DNA of 64,000 bases, from assembly GCF_018977255.1 (NCBI RefSeq), contig NW_024704758.1:13268001-13332000 (forward strand), written 5' to 3'. Each line of letters begins with the position of its first letter. Positions within the stretch are counted from its first letter, which is position 1. This DNA comes from Callorhinchus milii (taxonomy: Eukaryota). The notes beneath the pieces were generated by a model. It saw nothing but the letters and a program-made list of their open reading frames with translations, did not search any database and was not told the origin of the DNA. The position numbers and the translations under genes are program-made. Below are positions 1-11,960 of the stretch, piece by piece.

Positions 1-3000
1 CATCGGTTGCTTCATGTCACTGTTCCTGCAGATAATACCACATGACAGATTACAACACAAATAAGAGTTCTTTATTCTGTAGTTTTAGCAGGGAATGTGT
101 TTGAGGCAGTAGTGGAATTGACTAGGCAATCCACGAGGTGCAATGTTACAAGACAGTTTGAGTCAGTTAATCCTTGCTTTTGATACAGCGCAATTCAAGA
201 GGACATCTCAAAAAGCTTCACAGGATACACTGTAAAGTGTAGCTGACTGTATAATTTGTAAGCGAATGATCAGTGTCGAGGACAAAAGATGTGTTAATTT
301 CCATCGGACTGCCGAAGACTACTGATGTTTTACTGGACTAAATCCAGTTAAACAAAATTAAAATGACTTTAAGAAGTATTTAGGGTTATCGCTGTAACTT
401 TGGCTCAATCCATAGGGATCCGTCACTCACTTGTTCCGCAGATGAAGCAAGTGCTCCAGTGGAGAAGGGAAAAGAATACTGTGAATTCGCAGAGACCTTT
501 TTTTAAGTAAAAGAATACGAGAACCCATTTGCAAAATCAACCTAATTGGGGCGAAATTCAGACATTAACAAATAAGTTTGAAATTAGGTAGCTCTGTGTT
601 GAAATCATGTTGGCTCCGCAATTAGGCATTGTTCATTTAAAACAATTGTTGACGATTTTACTTGATGATTTCAAAAGGCTTTTTATGTATTAAAATAAAA
701 GTTCCCAGGCCACACGTGCAGTATAAAGCTACCTAAACCACTGTCACACAATCCCTAAAGTCATTAATTAAGGTACGCGGTTTTGTTGTAAGTTCCAAAA
801 GCAAGTGCAATGGATAAAGGGGAGAGAAGCATTTAAATTGCTATGTGTGCAGTTCTGATCTGCTGCTGGAATTGGAGGCATTATGGTATAGAATAAGGTG
901 TTGTAGCCATTGTTTTCCTCAATATGAAACCCTCTGTTAGTTCAAAGCAAAAGGGGAGCTGTAATTACTGTGTTATTTTAAATTGGACAATGTCCATTGC
1001 TCAAAGTCTGAGCAGGTCTGGTCCATTCTTTCATCAAAAAGATTCTTCAGCCAGTGAAGCAGTAACACAGAGAATAAAACAGCGTGAAAAAAAATCACAT
1101 AAAGGCTCTTCGGCCGTGTGAGTCAGTCATTTTTAATATTTTTTTAAATAGGAGGGGGAGACCGATTAGATAAAAGTGACTGACTGATTGAAACAGGTCA
1201 GACACTCACATAAAACAGCATCGGAGTCTGGAGGTGGTCAAGAGTTGTTCTATGATGTCACTCAGTACAGACTTTCTCATGGGAAAAGTAACACTCTGGC
1301 TTTATAAAAGAAAGAAAAGCAATAATAGTTACAAGCACAACCCGTTTTCTGTTTGATGTAACCATGTTATCTGTTCCTCAAGCTTTTTGTTCCCATTCAA
1401 AGCATAAATGTGATTATTGAAGTGGGCTGTTTCGTCTTCTCAGGATACAAAAGTTCCTCACTAATTGCTGCCACATCAAATGACTAGGAACACCCCAATG
1501 GAAGCCTTCAAACTGATGTGAAAAAATTCAAGCATCACTAAAAGCCGGGTACTTATTTTTTGTGATTCCCATCAAAGATTAGGTTACTGGGTTGGGGGGC
1601 TTATCACACAGGAAGCCCTCTCTGTAGATTAGTTCTGCTTCACTGCCAGTTTGCTATGCCAGCTTTGGCCACAGCCAATCTACCGCTAGCACCTTTATTG
1701 TTTTCTTGTGGTAAGCAAGAACAGTGAACTGTACAGGGAACAAAGACTAAGGCAGAAGGCCCACTGTGTAGCTGAAGTGTAACTTTGCTCCTGCTCGTCA
1801 TGCACCAATGGTATGAGTGCCTGGGTCTAGGCCTCAACCGCACACAGAGCAGAAAAAGCTGTCAATTTCGGCTTGTTCAAAGTAACTTCTATTGTGCAAA
1901 CAGGGCAGAAGTGGCATGGTCCATATACTCCTCAAGGAATGTCATGAGTCAAAAGCCATTGACTTTGCTTTAAATGTAATTCATTTAATTCCCTGTCACG
2001 TTGGCTCACTGATATCCATTGCCGTCTTCTTCTTTCGGGTTAGCTGCACAGTGAGCAGTATCCCATTCAGGTCGTGACCTGTCAGTATTTGGTCATTGCA
2101 AATATAAGCAACACTACCCTTATCAGTGTCAACAGGTCTCTTTAACACTTCAAAAGCTGAAAGATAAATATATCTGGCAGATTGCATGCAGTCTATTTCT
2201 AAGCCTTCCATTACCCTATGCATCATGCTTTGTCAAACCATGATAAAGAAGGCTATTATGGTTGAGAGAGCATGAGATACAGTGCTAAAGCAACATTAGT
2301 TTTTTCCTGAAACATGGGTAATATTGTAATAACCGCATTTTGGAGTTTTTTGAATGAACTATAACGTTTCTGGATGTTAACGTTGTCATGATGGCAGTGT
2401 ATAAGCTAACCACAGCCTTATATAACCAATATCAAATAAGCTTATTCTGACATTTTTTTAAAATCATGAATTAAAATGCCTTGAACATTGAACACAAGGA
2501 TTTGCAAATAACACCGGTAGTTGTTTTCATTTGGAGCTCTGACTACTTCAAAGGCCTTTTATTCTAAGATCACACAGCAGGTGCATGTTTTATAATGTCT
2601 TCAACGACATGCTTGCTTTACATGTTTGCTACATGAGATGGGGGAGATAACACAATTCTTCTATTATTATCATTAATATTATTATTATTAATGGAGCAGT
2701 TTGGAAGTCCAGCACTACCTTCCTACCAGCTGACCATGGATTCAAGAGTCAGAGCTGCTTTCATGGGGATGAGTCTGTGTCTGTTTTTAACCAAGCCATT
2801 GGATAGAATTGCTTTGAGCTGTGAAGTTCTTTCTTCTAAATAGAGTTGAAAAGAGTTGATGGCAGAGCAGTGTTGAGGGTTTTCAGAGATCTCTGAAGTG
2901 CTTTGAGATGTCTCAACGACGTGATATGCAAGAATCATATCAAATGCAGGAATTATTCTAGTTATTTCTGATACTGTGTGTGGGTGAGTTGCTGTTCCTG

Positions 3001-3864
3001 GGGTGTTGGGGGCTGTCTGCATCCAATTCCTGAAGGTTATGGCTGTAGTTTGTTGGTGAAACGCGGCAGCCAATTGCACACAGCAAATTATTCTAAGCTC
3101 TGTCACAGAACCCATTGGGGATGGGACGCCACTCTTCCAAAAAGACCAGCATAGAAAAGAGATGCGTTGTCTCTGATTAGATCACCTTGGAATGGATCAG
3201 CCCTGCTGGGTTATCAGATAATCATAAAATACATAGTTTGATTGGCATTCGCTGCTGTAGTTCCAGCTCCACCTAGCGGCTTCCCACCCAGGGTGATGAC
3301 CAGGGACTGACTGCAACTGGTCTCAAAACATAAAGCATCTTTATCACAACTTGGGAGAAGTTCCACCTGAGTCAAGATTTAGACGATAAATGTGATATTT
3401 CAGAATTTGTTTTTATTTTACCATATAAACCTCTGGCTTACCAGCATTTTCAGAGCCAGGAACCCTCTTTGTTTAGTAAAAATCCTATCTCCGACTGGTT
3501 GAAAACAGTTTTCAAGGTCCATTTTTTCAGCCAATCAAAAGGTAGATTAGTGATGTTTGACCTGATCACATCATTAGAGCGAAAGGTCACATTTGAACAT
3601 TTTCTTTCTCTCCAACTGAGTCAACTGCAAGAAACAAAAGAAAATAACTCATTAGTGTCCCTAGTAGGAAGACTCACAGAAGAGAACGATTTTGTCAGTG
3701 ATGCTCAGAGGTTTATAGAACTTATTTATATTCAGTTTCAGGATCACAAATGTTCAATATTCATGAAGAGAATTTGCGCATTCAGCCTCTTTGAATTGGT
3801 GTTTAGACTGTAGCTGTTTCAAGTTGCAATAACTGATGATTTCCCTGCCGTTAATTTCTCTCAA

Positions 3865-4211
3865 CTAGGCTGACCCTCCAATACAGTGTTGGGGCACAGC
3901 CTCATTGTCACAGGTGCGTTCCTTTGGTTGAGATGTTAAGCCGAGATCCTGTCTGGCTGTTCAGGTGGACATTAAAGGTCCCATGGAACTTATCAGAAAG
4001 AGAAAGGAGTTTCTTCCAGCGTCTTGGCCAACAATCCCCCAGATAAAATTAGTCATTCACTTCATGGCTGTTTGTGGAATGTGGCTCTGCACAAATTGGC
4101 TGCTGACTTAACTTACAAATACATATTCACTAAATTTCAGCGTAAAATCGTGTGAACTACTTTGAGACATCTCAATAATGTGATAAGGCTCTATGTCGAA
4201 GAGTATTATTA
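3865..4211 (+). mobile_element. 5'-truncated Deu-domain SINE
   Basis: GAGATGTTAAGCCGAGATCCTGTCTG...CAGGTGGACATTAAAGGTCCCATGG core plus a degenerate tail. Confidence 0.7.
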
Positions 4212-4227
4212 CTGTAACAATCAGTAA

Positions 4228-5370
4228 TATTCAATCAACCAGCTCGTGATACAGAGAAACTCCTGAGTGAATGGAATACAGCCTTGTCAAACATGATTTC
4301 AACATACTTTTAGACTGATTGTTCATTCAACTCATGACTGTCTGTGAGAATTTTCTGGCTCAAATGCCTGTTATGATTTCCAACAAATTCAGACACTCTA
4401 TTTGAGAGTAAAACCCTGTGAGCTACCAAGAGCTATTTTGACATGATGAGATGCTCTAAAACTACAATTTTTCTATATTTATTTAGCAATTCAAACAAAA
4501 CCAAAACAGAAAACATCAACCAAAAGTTACATTTTATATATTTTTAGACATCCTCCTGACGTGAAAGGCACTTTATCTAATGCAAAAATTATATTAATAG
4601 GAAGGGCATTTGGTGATCTGGGACTGCGCACCAGGAGGAAGAATGGGAAAGGATGTAGAATGTATCATTTTTTTTAAACCCAGTCCATATTAATGTTTGT
4701 GCCTGATCCAGAGTTTCAGTCCTGAATTCTGTGGTTAAACAAAGTAAATTATGTCCAGGTGCTTGATTTGTACTTTGCACTTCATAAGTGAATAAAGCAT
4801 AAAAATATCATTGTTCTTTCAGATGTTTAGTGATCTATAAGTTTGCTGTTTTGCAGTCTAAGCAGACATCCTTTTCCCCATAATTATAAAACATGGGCTA
4901 ATGACAAATCAAGATAAGAAGGCCTCAGAAGAACATATCAAAGCCTTTTGTCCAGCTGAAGACAGTTACATTTAGAGGGAATAATCACATCCTGCAGTGC
5001 CCTAAGTACAACAATATTTAAGCAGAGAGTATCATCAACAAGCCCCCTTTTTAAAAATCAAACAATCACAAAGAATTATCATTAATTTGAACATCCTTTT
5101 TGGAGCTGCTTTACTCTGTTTGTGATGAATAATTTTGTTTAAGTATTGAGTGCTGATGACGACAGGAACCAGCTTTAAAGAGTTAATGAGCTTAACTTGG
5201 TTAAAATAACGGGGTTACTGAAGTGTCCTGGGTTAATTTTAATGGGAGAGGGAGTTTCAAAATAAAATGTTGTCCCCAGTCAACCAATGAAGAAAGTGAA
5301 ATCATGTTTGACAAGGCTGTATTCCATTCTCTCAGGAGTTTCTCTGTATCACGAGCTGGTTGATTGAATA
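4228..5370. repeat. Inverted repeat pair (74-bp arms at 4228-4301 and 5297-5370); possible non-autonomous DNA transposon
   Basis: Arms are reverse complements with one mismatch; both outer ends are TA. Confidence 0.85.
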
Positions 5371-7952
5371 GTTTCTTATTAGTTTCTTAAATGGTCCTGT
5401 AATTTTCCATTAAGACCTGCCTGGCAATATGGATTCTTACAACAGCAACAACTTGCATTCACATGGCGCCCTTCACGTTGGGTAATGTCTCAGAGCACTT
5501 ACGGAGACGAGGAGGGAGAGGATTGAGCAGGCAAGGGGAGATGGCTGTAAGCTTTTCACAGAGATAGGTTTTGAAGCTGGATTTAAAGACAGAAAGTGTG
5601 GGTGGGGGAGTTGAGATGGAGAGATGGAAAGACTGAGTGCAGAAGGTTGGGGGGGAGGGAGAGGTCTTGGAATTGAAGGCTTGGCTACTAATGGTTTGAG
5701 TTAGTGAGCTGAGGGGGTGACCGGAGGAGGGTCAGAAAAGATCAAAGAGATAAGGGGGTGCCTTGGTGTGAGTGTCCAACCCTACTTGGGGGATTGTTGG
5801 CCAGGACAATATTCAATTGGATTGGTTGAATATCGTTCAAAATCAGTTGTCAAACATGACAGAAACTCGACTTTGACTTTGTAGAGAGAAGAAAGAGAAA
5901 GACAAGAGACATTTAGCGATCTGAAAAGATCTATCGATGTTCCAAAAGCGAACTGAAATGTATTCTTTGAACGTACTCGCCCTGAAGTCAAATACAGTCG
6001 TGACCATGTTTTTAATTCAGCTGTTACTAGCTTTGTAGTTCCCAGTTACAATGTTTAAAGGCTTGCTCTGAATATTCTGATCATCACTTTGAAGGCATTT
6101 AGTATTCTTACCACACACTGTGTGCGAGGTGAGAAATGCCAAGCAAATAAGCAACTTCAAAAGGGCAAGTGATCATCACATTGCCGTCGTCACCAGTCAT
6201 GGCCACTGGAAATGTTAACCAGTCTTTCTCTATGGTGCAAGGCAGATGCTGGTTGACCTGCTGTGCACCTCCAACATTTTGTGGTTGTATTTCCAAATTC
6301 CAGCATTCACAGTTATTCGTTTTGGCTCAAACTACCTCCATGCGAGCATGGTGTATCTACCTGCCACAGAGTCGGTGGTGGGGGTGGGGGGGGGGAGATT
6401 GGAGAGAGACATTGCTTCAGTCCCTAGCAAGCCTAGGAAGAAAGAGAAACGGCCTCCAGATGCATCCATCATAACTCACACTCTTCCCTCACTTGTTCAG
6501 CAGTCGTGCTTTGTGTTAATCCAGCTTATGTGGCAGGAGCATCCTCAGGCCTCCCAGTGAGTGAGTGACGAGTATTGCTCAAGCTTAGCTTGGGCCTGAA
6601 TCATTGTTCCTACTCGGCACACCCCAATAACATAAGCTGTCACTCTTCTGAGATAGTGCTCCTCCACTTCAAGCGCTCTGAGTCGCTACCCTGCTTGAGG
6701 GGCGCCAAATAAATCCAAGTTGTTGTTGTCGTTGAGTGTTTAATTCAGAATTAATCTATTTGCTACATGATCTGTAAGAAAAAAAACAATTTTGAAGTTG
6801 AGACTGAATTCAAGGATTTGCCAGATTGTGGATGCCCCGAGACTATCACATCAATCGAGTAAATCTAAACTCGGGTGTGATGCTTCCCAAATTGGCTCCT
6901 CTTTTTCTTTTGGATTTGAGCTTCCTTCTGAAGCAGTTTTCTTTCCATGTTTAAAGGGTAAATTGCCAAATGGTGCACTCACTCGTAAGGACAAAGCTGG
7001 TTGAATTCTATCTGAAAGTTTCTTGCTATGTCCCAGAGTCAGCTTATGATAAATCACCAGACATCTTAGGGTTGTCACAATATATTGTATCTCTTTCTGG
7101 CAGAAATTGCTTTAAACGCTATTACTATCATGGACGTCTAAACATCATTACAAATCCTCGGCAAACTTAAAAAAAATACTCCACCATTTTCTTTCTCAGC
7201 CTGTTTTTGTTTTCAAAACAGGTAAACAATGTAAGAGGTCTAATATCAGTCTGGGAATGTCATGCCATCACAGTGATCTGTATGATGGACTATTTTGTCC
7301 GAGTGGCGATGAGCAGGCTTGTGTTACCTGCACAGAAGAAGAGGTAGGTAATTGAGCCTGCTCTGATTTGACACAATAATGTCGTACAAACAAGAACAAA
7401 GTAAACAAGGTGTATTAGTTCAGTCTCAGATAATTGCTCAATGGCTGTGTCCTGATGCTCTATGTGATGATGGATACGAGGAACTATGAGCAGATTGTAA
7501 ATAAATAAAAAGCCTTTGATCAGCTCAGTCCTCGACAATATTGGTGAGGAAGACCTCTCAACAAACATATGTACTACCGATCAACAGCTATTGGACACAT
7601 TGTGTATACTTGACCAAACCCCATGGGAAAATAGTATCCTGACATGCTTCAGATTGAGTGCACGCAGCTTACCCTTTACATTATAGATAGACAGATGAAT
7701 ATCCTGCATTTCTTATTGGATACCATATGGAGCTCAGAGAGGATTGTAACTGCACAATGCTTTGCCCAGAAGATGGAGTAATGTGATGTGACGGGATTCG
7801 AGAATAGTAGTTGTGAATGCGTGAATAAGTCAGCTCGATGGGCCAACTGATCTTTCCTTGCTCCACGATTTCTTAGGTTCTTAAATCTTTGCAGCGTGCT
7901 ATATGATGAAAGGACTGGGCAATGTTTAAATGCAAAAATAAAGTGAAATACC

Positions 7953-7966
7953 CTGCCATCTAGTGG
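7953..7966 (-). promoter_or_regulatory. CTCF-like motif
   Basis: Minus strand CCACTAGATGGCAG, 14/14 match to CCASYAGRKGGCRS. Confidence 0.5.
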
Positions 7967-8169
7967 TTGATTTGTCTCTTGATCTGAGGGGTAAAACAAA
8001 ACAGGGTTAACTTGCAAAATAAATAATAATAATTTGGTCGCTGAATCCACGATTGTTTGTGGGACACTGCTGTGCGCAATTGGTTGCTGCATTTGATAAG
8101 GCGCTATCTCAAATGCAAGGATTATCTTATTATATAAACAATAGAAAGGGAACCAATGGTTTGGGTAAT

Positions 8170-8311
8170 CAGAAGTCGCTGGGAATACTCAGCAGCTCAT
8201 GGACTCGAAACGTTGACTCGCTTTCCTTTCTCCATAGATGCTGCCTGACCTGCTGAGTGTTCCCAGCGACTTCTGTTTACGTTTCAGATTTCCAGCACCT
8301 GCAGTATTTTG
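8170..8311. repeat. 26-bp inverted repeat within a short interspersed repeat fragment
   Basis: CAGAAGTCGCTGGGAATACTCAGCAG (8170-8195) versus CTGCTGAGTGTTCCCAGCGACTTCTG (8250-8275), one mismatch. Confidence 0.8.
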
Positions 8312-9285
8312 TGTGTTGTTTGGATAATCATTCAGGTTTATAAACTCATCTGAACTCAATGATTTTAACATCTGCCCAGCCTTCCAGGTATTAGTCTATT
8401 ATAGTATATTATTACAGTATTATTATTAATATAGTATATTATTATTATTATATTATTATATTACAGTTTGATTTTTTTTGAGTGTGAATGTTGAAAATTG
8501 TAGTCACTTTGCCGGAGTTTTCCCCCTCATTCATTAAATGTTGATGTGCAATTAATTAAATTGATGGATGCAATATTATCACCTCCAAATAATGCAGAGG
8601 TAAATCCAAATATCTGTTTATAAACAATCTCCTAATTGATTCAGTGAAACTGTTCATTTATTGCTCTGTAAATGCAGAAAGTCTGATCACTTGAGTAGCA
8701 TCAAGTCACAGTGTTTGATTCAAGAATCATTCAGAAGCAATAACTATTCCAGGTTATTCCAGTTCAGTTATTGTTTGCGAGAGGTGGTAAAGATTACATG
8801 GCAGAAGATAATGTTATAAATCTTTTATTACTTGAAATTAAAACATGTAACATAATAGTTCAGTTCACAGCAAAACAACCTTGCTATCACCTGTCTCCAA
8901 AAAAACGTCTTAAGAGTTTTGTTTTTGCTTGTGCTATTTTTGATCTATATATGTTCCCCTGATTTGTGATACTGTTTTGTGAGCAATTCAGAATGGGTGT
9001 TAAATTAATAATGCATCTTGTGCTAGGATGACACATGGATAACTATTTTCAATTTCTAATTTAGTAGAAATGATGCAAAATTATGCATTATTCAGAGAGT
9101 TTGTAGTGAAAACCCCTTGATCCCAGAGTTGGCAGCATTATATAAAACAGGACATTTACAGCATAGTGCTGTAGTAGTCCTGGCTGATGCAAACCTCTCC
9201 CTGATTTCATCACATACTGTTTAGGTCATTTCAAACCTTCTTGAACACTCAGTATAGTTCTCTGGGGAGCCACATTCATCACAGC

Positions 9286-9345
9286 ATAGAATCATAAAAT
9301 TATACAGCACAGAAGGAGGCCATTCGGCTCATCGTGTCTGTGCCA
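9286..9345 (-). mobile_element. Short CR1-type 3' tail
   Basis: CATAGAATCATA...ACAGCACAGAAGGAGGCCATTCGGC, the reverse complement of the tail seen at about 16100. Confidence 0.75.
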
Positions 9346-10904
9346 TCGCAGCATTCTGAATGCATTCTCTATGGTGCAGGAAGTATAAAACAATAGTTTA
9401 AGTATTAAACTGCTCTTATCAGGAATGCACTTTCGTAACTGATAAGAGCCAGCCCTTGTTACATTCATGACAAAGTCAGTTCAGAATTACAGCTGTAGAA
9501 TAAATGGCATTGGAATGTTTCTGTATCTGGGTACATATACCATAAAGTGCTATTGATTCCTAGTTTCCAGATTTGCTTGTCAACAGCAAACCTTAATTTG
9601 GAAATTAATACAAAGATTGGAATGTCTTATCTGAATGCAATGTCAGATTGACATTATCTTTTCAAGTAAAAGAGAGAAAAGGTAAACATTAACTTTTGTC
9701 CAAAAAATACCCTTAACAGCTCTGTTAAAAAAAAACTCTTAAAATGCTGGTTCCAAACATGTGCTAAAATTTTAGGTCTGTGATAGAAGTGAGCTGGATG
9801 GTGAAACAGCCTTTTCTCATTCCACGCTTCCTTCTGTTATGGGTGCCACTCTTTCATCAAAGTCAAGGTTGTGGGTTCAAGACACATTTTGGGACTTGAA
9901 CTCATACTCCAGACCTGCTCATTAATCCTCCAGATAAAATTCATCATTCACTTCACAGCTAGTTGTGAAATCTTACAGCAATTGCATGTGGAGTCATGGA
10001 CACTGTATCAATTGCAAGTATTATTAATTATGATTGTTTTTCAGAAAGTGGGCTGGCATGAGTGCTCTCCTTTTGGCTTCTTCTGTATTAACAATGCTCA
10101 TCACGAGTGCAACCAAACTATTTAGCAATTTCTCATGGAAGAGATGCATAAATCCGGTGACATTCAGGGATCAGATAATAATAATAAGCTGTCGGGAAAA
10201 GTAGCAAGAAGTTACATATTATAGTCGATGATATTTCGTAAAATGCAAAGAACAATCATTACATTAGTCAACTAATTTACAACCGCTGGGAACCAAAGGA
10301 CCTATAAAAAGGAAAGCGTATGAGTAAAGAGTGTGATTAAACTATACGTAAGGACACAAGTCTAAAAGGATAAAATATACATGAAAACCTTTACCCAGTG
10401 CTATTTATTAGCACAAGAAGTGACTGATTTCAGCATGAGTTGCTGATGTGACTGGCCCAAGGCTTTCCGCATTGGATTCTGAGCAAGTGTCTAAGCTAAC
10501 ATGCTAGCATCTGTGCAGGTCAATGCACCAAGTAGCCAAGCATTTTCCCCCTATAGGTCATTACAAGCACAAAAGATGGTGTAGGAGTAATGAGTCATTA
10601 GTATCAAAGTCTACCGATCAGCTCTACTAAAAGTGAAGTTAACTTGAAGCGGATAGAAAATGTAAGGCACCGGCTACATCTGGTGTCTGGTACTCATGAC
10701 ATTAATATACCCTCTAAGTTGTTAAATAAAATAATTTAATTTGTTAAACTTAAATTAAACTTTTTTTTCTGGTTGGAATTTGCTTTCTGTCACACTACCC
10801 TGTTTTCACTTGGTAAACTACAGTACAAATGGACGCACTGTTAAATGCAGTAAAATGTACCAAAACGTTAAACACACAGGTCAGAGTTTTTCTTTCAGGA
10901 AATG

Positions 10905-11296
10905 AGATTATTGAGAGGGGAACAGTTGGAGGTGTTTAACATTATGAAAGGATTCAATAAGGGAGACGGACATAAATAGGTTTATTCCTCTTGTTTGTGA
11001 GTCCGTAACAAGAAGGCATAAATGTAAGAGAGGCAACAGCAGGTGGAAAAGGGAGTTTAGGAGAAACTTATTTATGCAGAGGGTGGTGAGAATGTGGAAC
11101 TCACTGTGCAAAGCTATGGTTGAAACAGAAAGCCTCAACATATTTATGAGGAAACTCGATTCAGACCCAATGGAGAAGGGTATAGGAAGAGGTGATTAGC
11201 AGGAGTGGAGGCTGATGTGGAGTATAAACACAGGTACTGTCTAGTTTGGCCAAATGGCCTGTTTCTATGCTGTACCTGTTCTATGTAATTCTATGC
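10905..11296 (+). mobile_element. CR1-clade LINE 3' end
   Basis: Degenerate end of ORF2 (GAGGTGTTTAACATTATGAAAGG; CAGAGGGTGGTGAGAATGTGGAACTCACTG = QRVVRMWNSL) and 3' UTR ending in TTCTATG repeats. Confidence 0.85.
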
Positions 11297-11642
11297 AGAA
11301 AGTCAACTTTCCGCATAGGATTGTAGAAGCTTAGTAGTTATGCCTCTGCTTCTGTGAAATATGATTAAAATTGCAAACAATATTAGGTTCAGCCGGGCAG
11401 AAAATTAAACGTGCAGTTTTGCTGGTGACAAAAGATCAGATCTTATGAATCACAGGATCATGAAAAGCAAAGTTGTAATTCACTAACTTTATCAGCTAAT
11501 TACCTGCATTTGCTGCTTCTTGCCTTTCACCACCAAGTACAACTTTATACCTTTATGGGGTTTGTTGTTTATTGTAGGTTATTTGTATTGCTGAGATAGT
11601 ACTTTGGCAGGGTGCATTATGACTGATCTCCAATCTCCAATT

Positions 11643-11960
11643 GGAGTCCTGTAGCTCAGTGGTTAGAGCACTCACTTTGCAAGTGAGAGACCTGAGTTCA
11701 ATTCCAGGCAGAGGGCGAAACCTTGGGCAAGTTTCCTTACTCCACACAGAGCCTAATAATAATCCCTCCAAAACCAAAACCAATAATAAATCGGTCATTT
11801 TCAATCCATGACTGTTTGTGGGACATTGCTGTGCGCAATTGGCTGCCGCGTTCGCCCACAAATATACAGTCAATTCACTTTACAGTGTGTTCTGTGAAGC
11901 GCTTTGGGACGTCCTCCCACCGTGAAAAGCGCTATATCAAATGCAAGGATTATTATTATT
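11643..11960 (+). mobile_element. Full-length tRNA-derived SINE (TGC anticodon head, L2-type tail)
   Basis: A box TAGCTCAGTGG, anticodon arm CTCAC-TTTGCAA-GTGAG, B box GTTCAATTCC, tail GCGCTATATCAAATGCAAGG(ATT)n; near-identical copy at 48639. Confidence 0.92.

Noticed and set aside
1996-2226. 76-aa minus-strand ORF with an acceptor-like tctttcag
   Set aside because: No recognisable homology and no partner exons identified.
7260-7800. KAFD-like word suggesting a reverse transcriptase remnant
   Set aside because: A single short motif with no flanking RT motifs that I could verify.
8170-8275. Hairpin as a candidate pre-miRNA
   Set aside because: The 54-nt loop is too large and the context is a repeat fragment.
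11671-11687. Apparent compensatory change in the SINE anticodon stem (CTCAC/GTGAG versus CTCGC/GCGAG at 48667)
   Set aside because: Both changes are CpG transitions (CG to CA, CG to TG), so methyl-C decay explains them without structural selection.
11643-11720. Apparent tRNA-Ala(TGC) gene (also at 48639)
   Set aside because: The acceptor and T stems pair poorly and the sequence continues into a repeated SINE body and tail; it is a SINE head.
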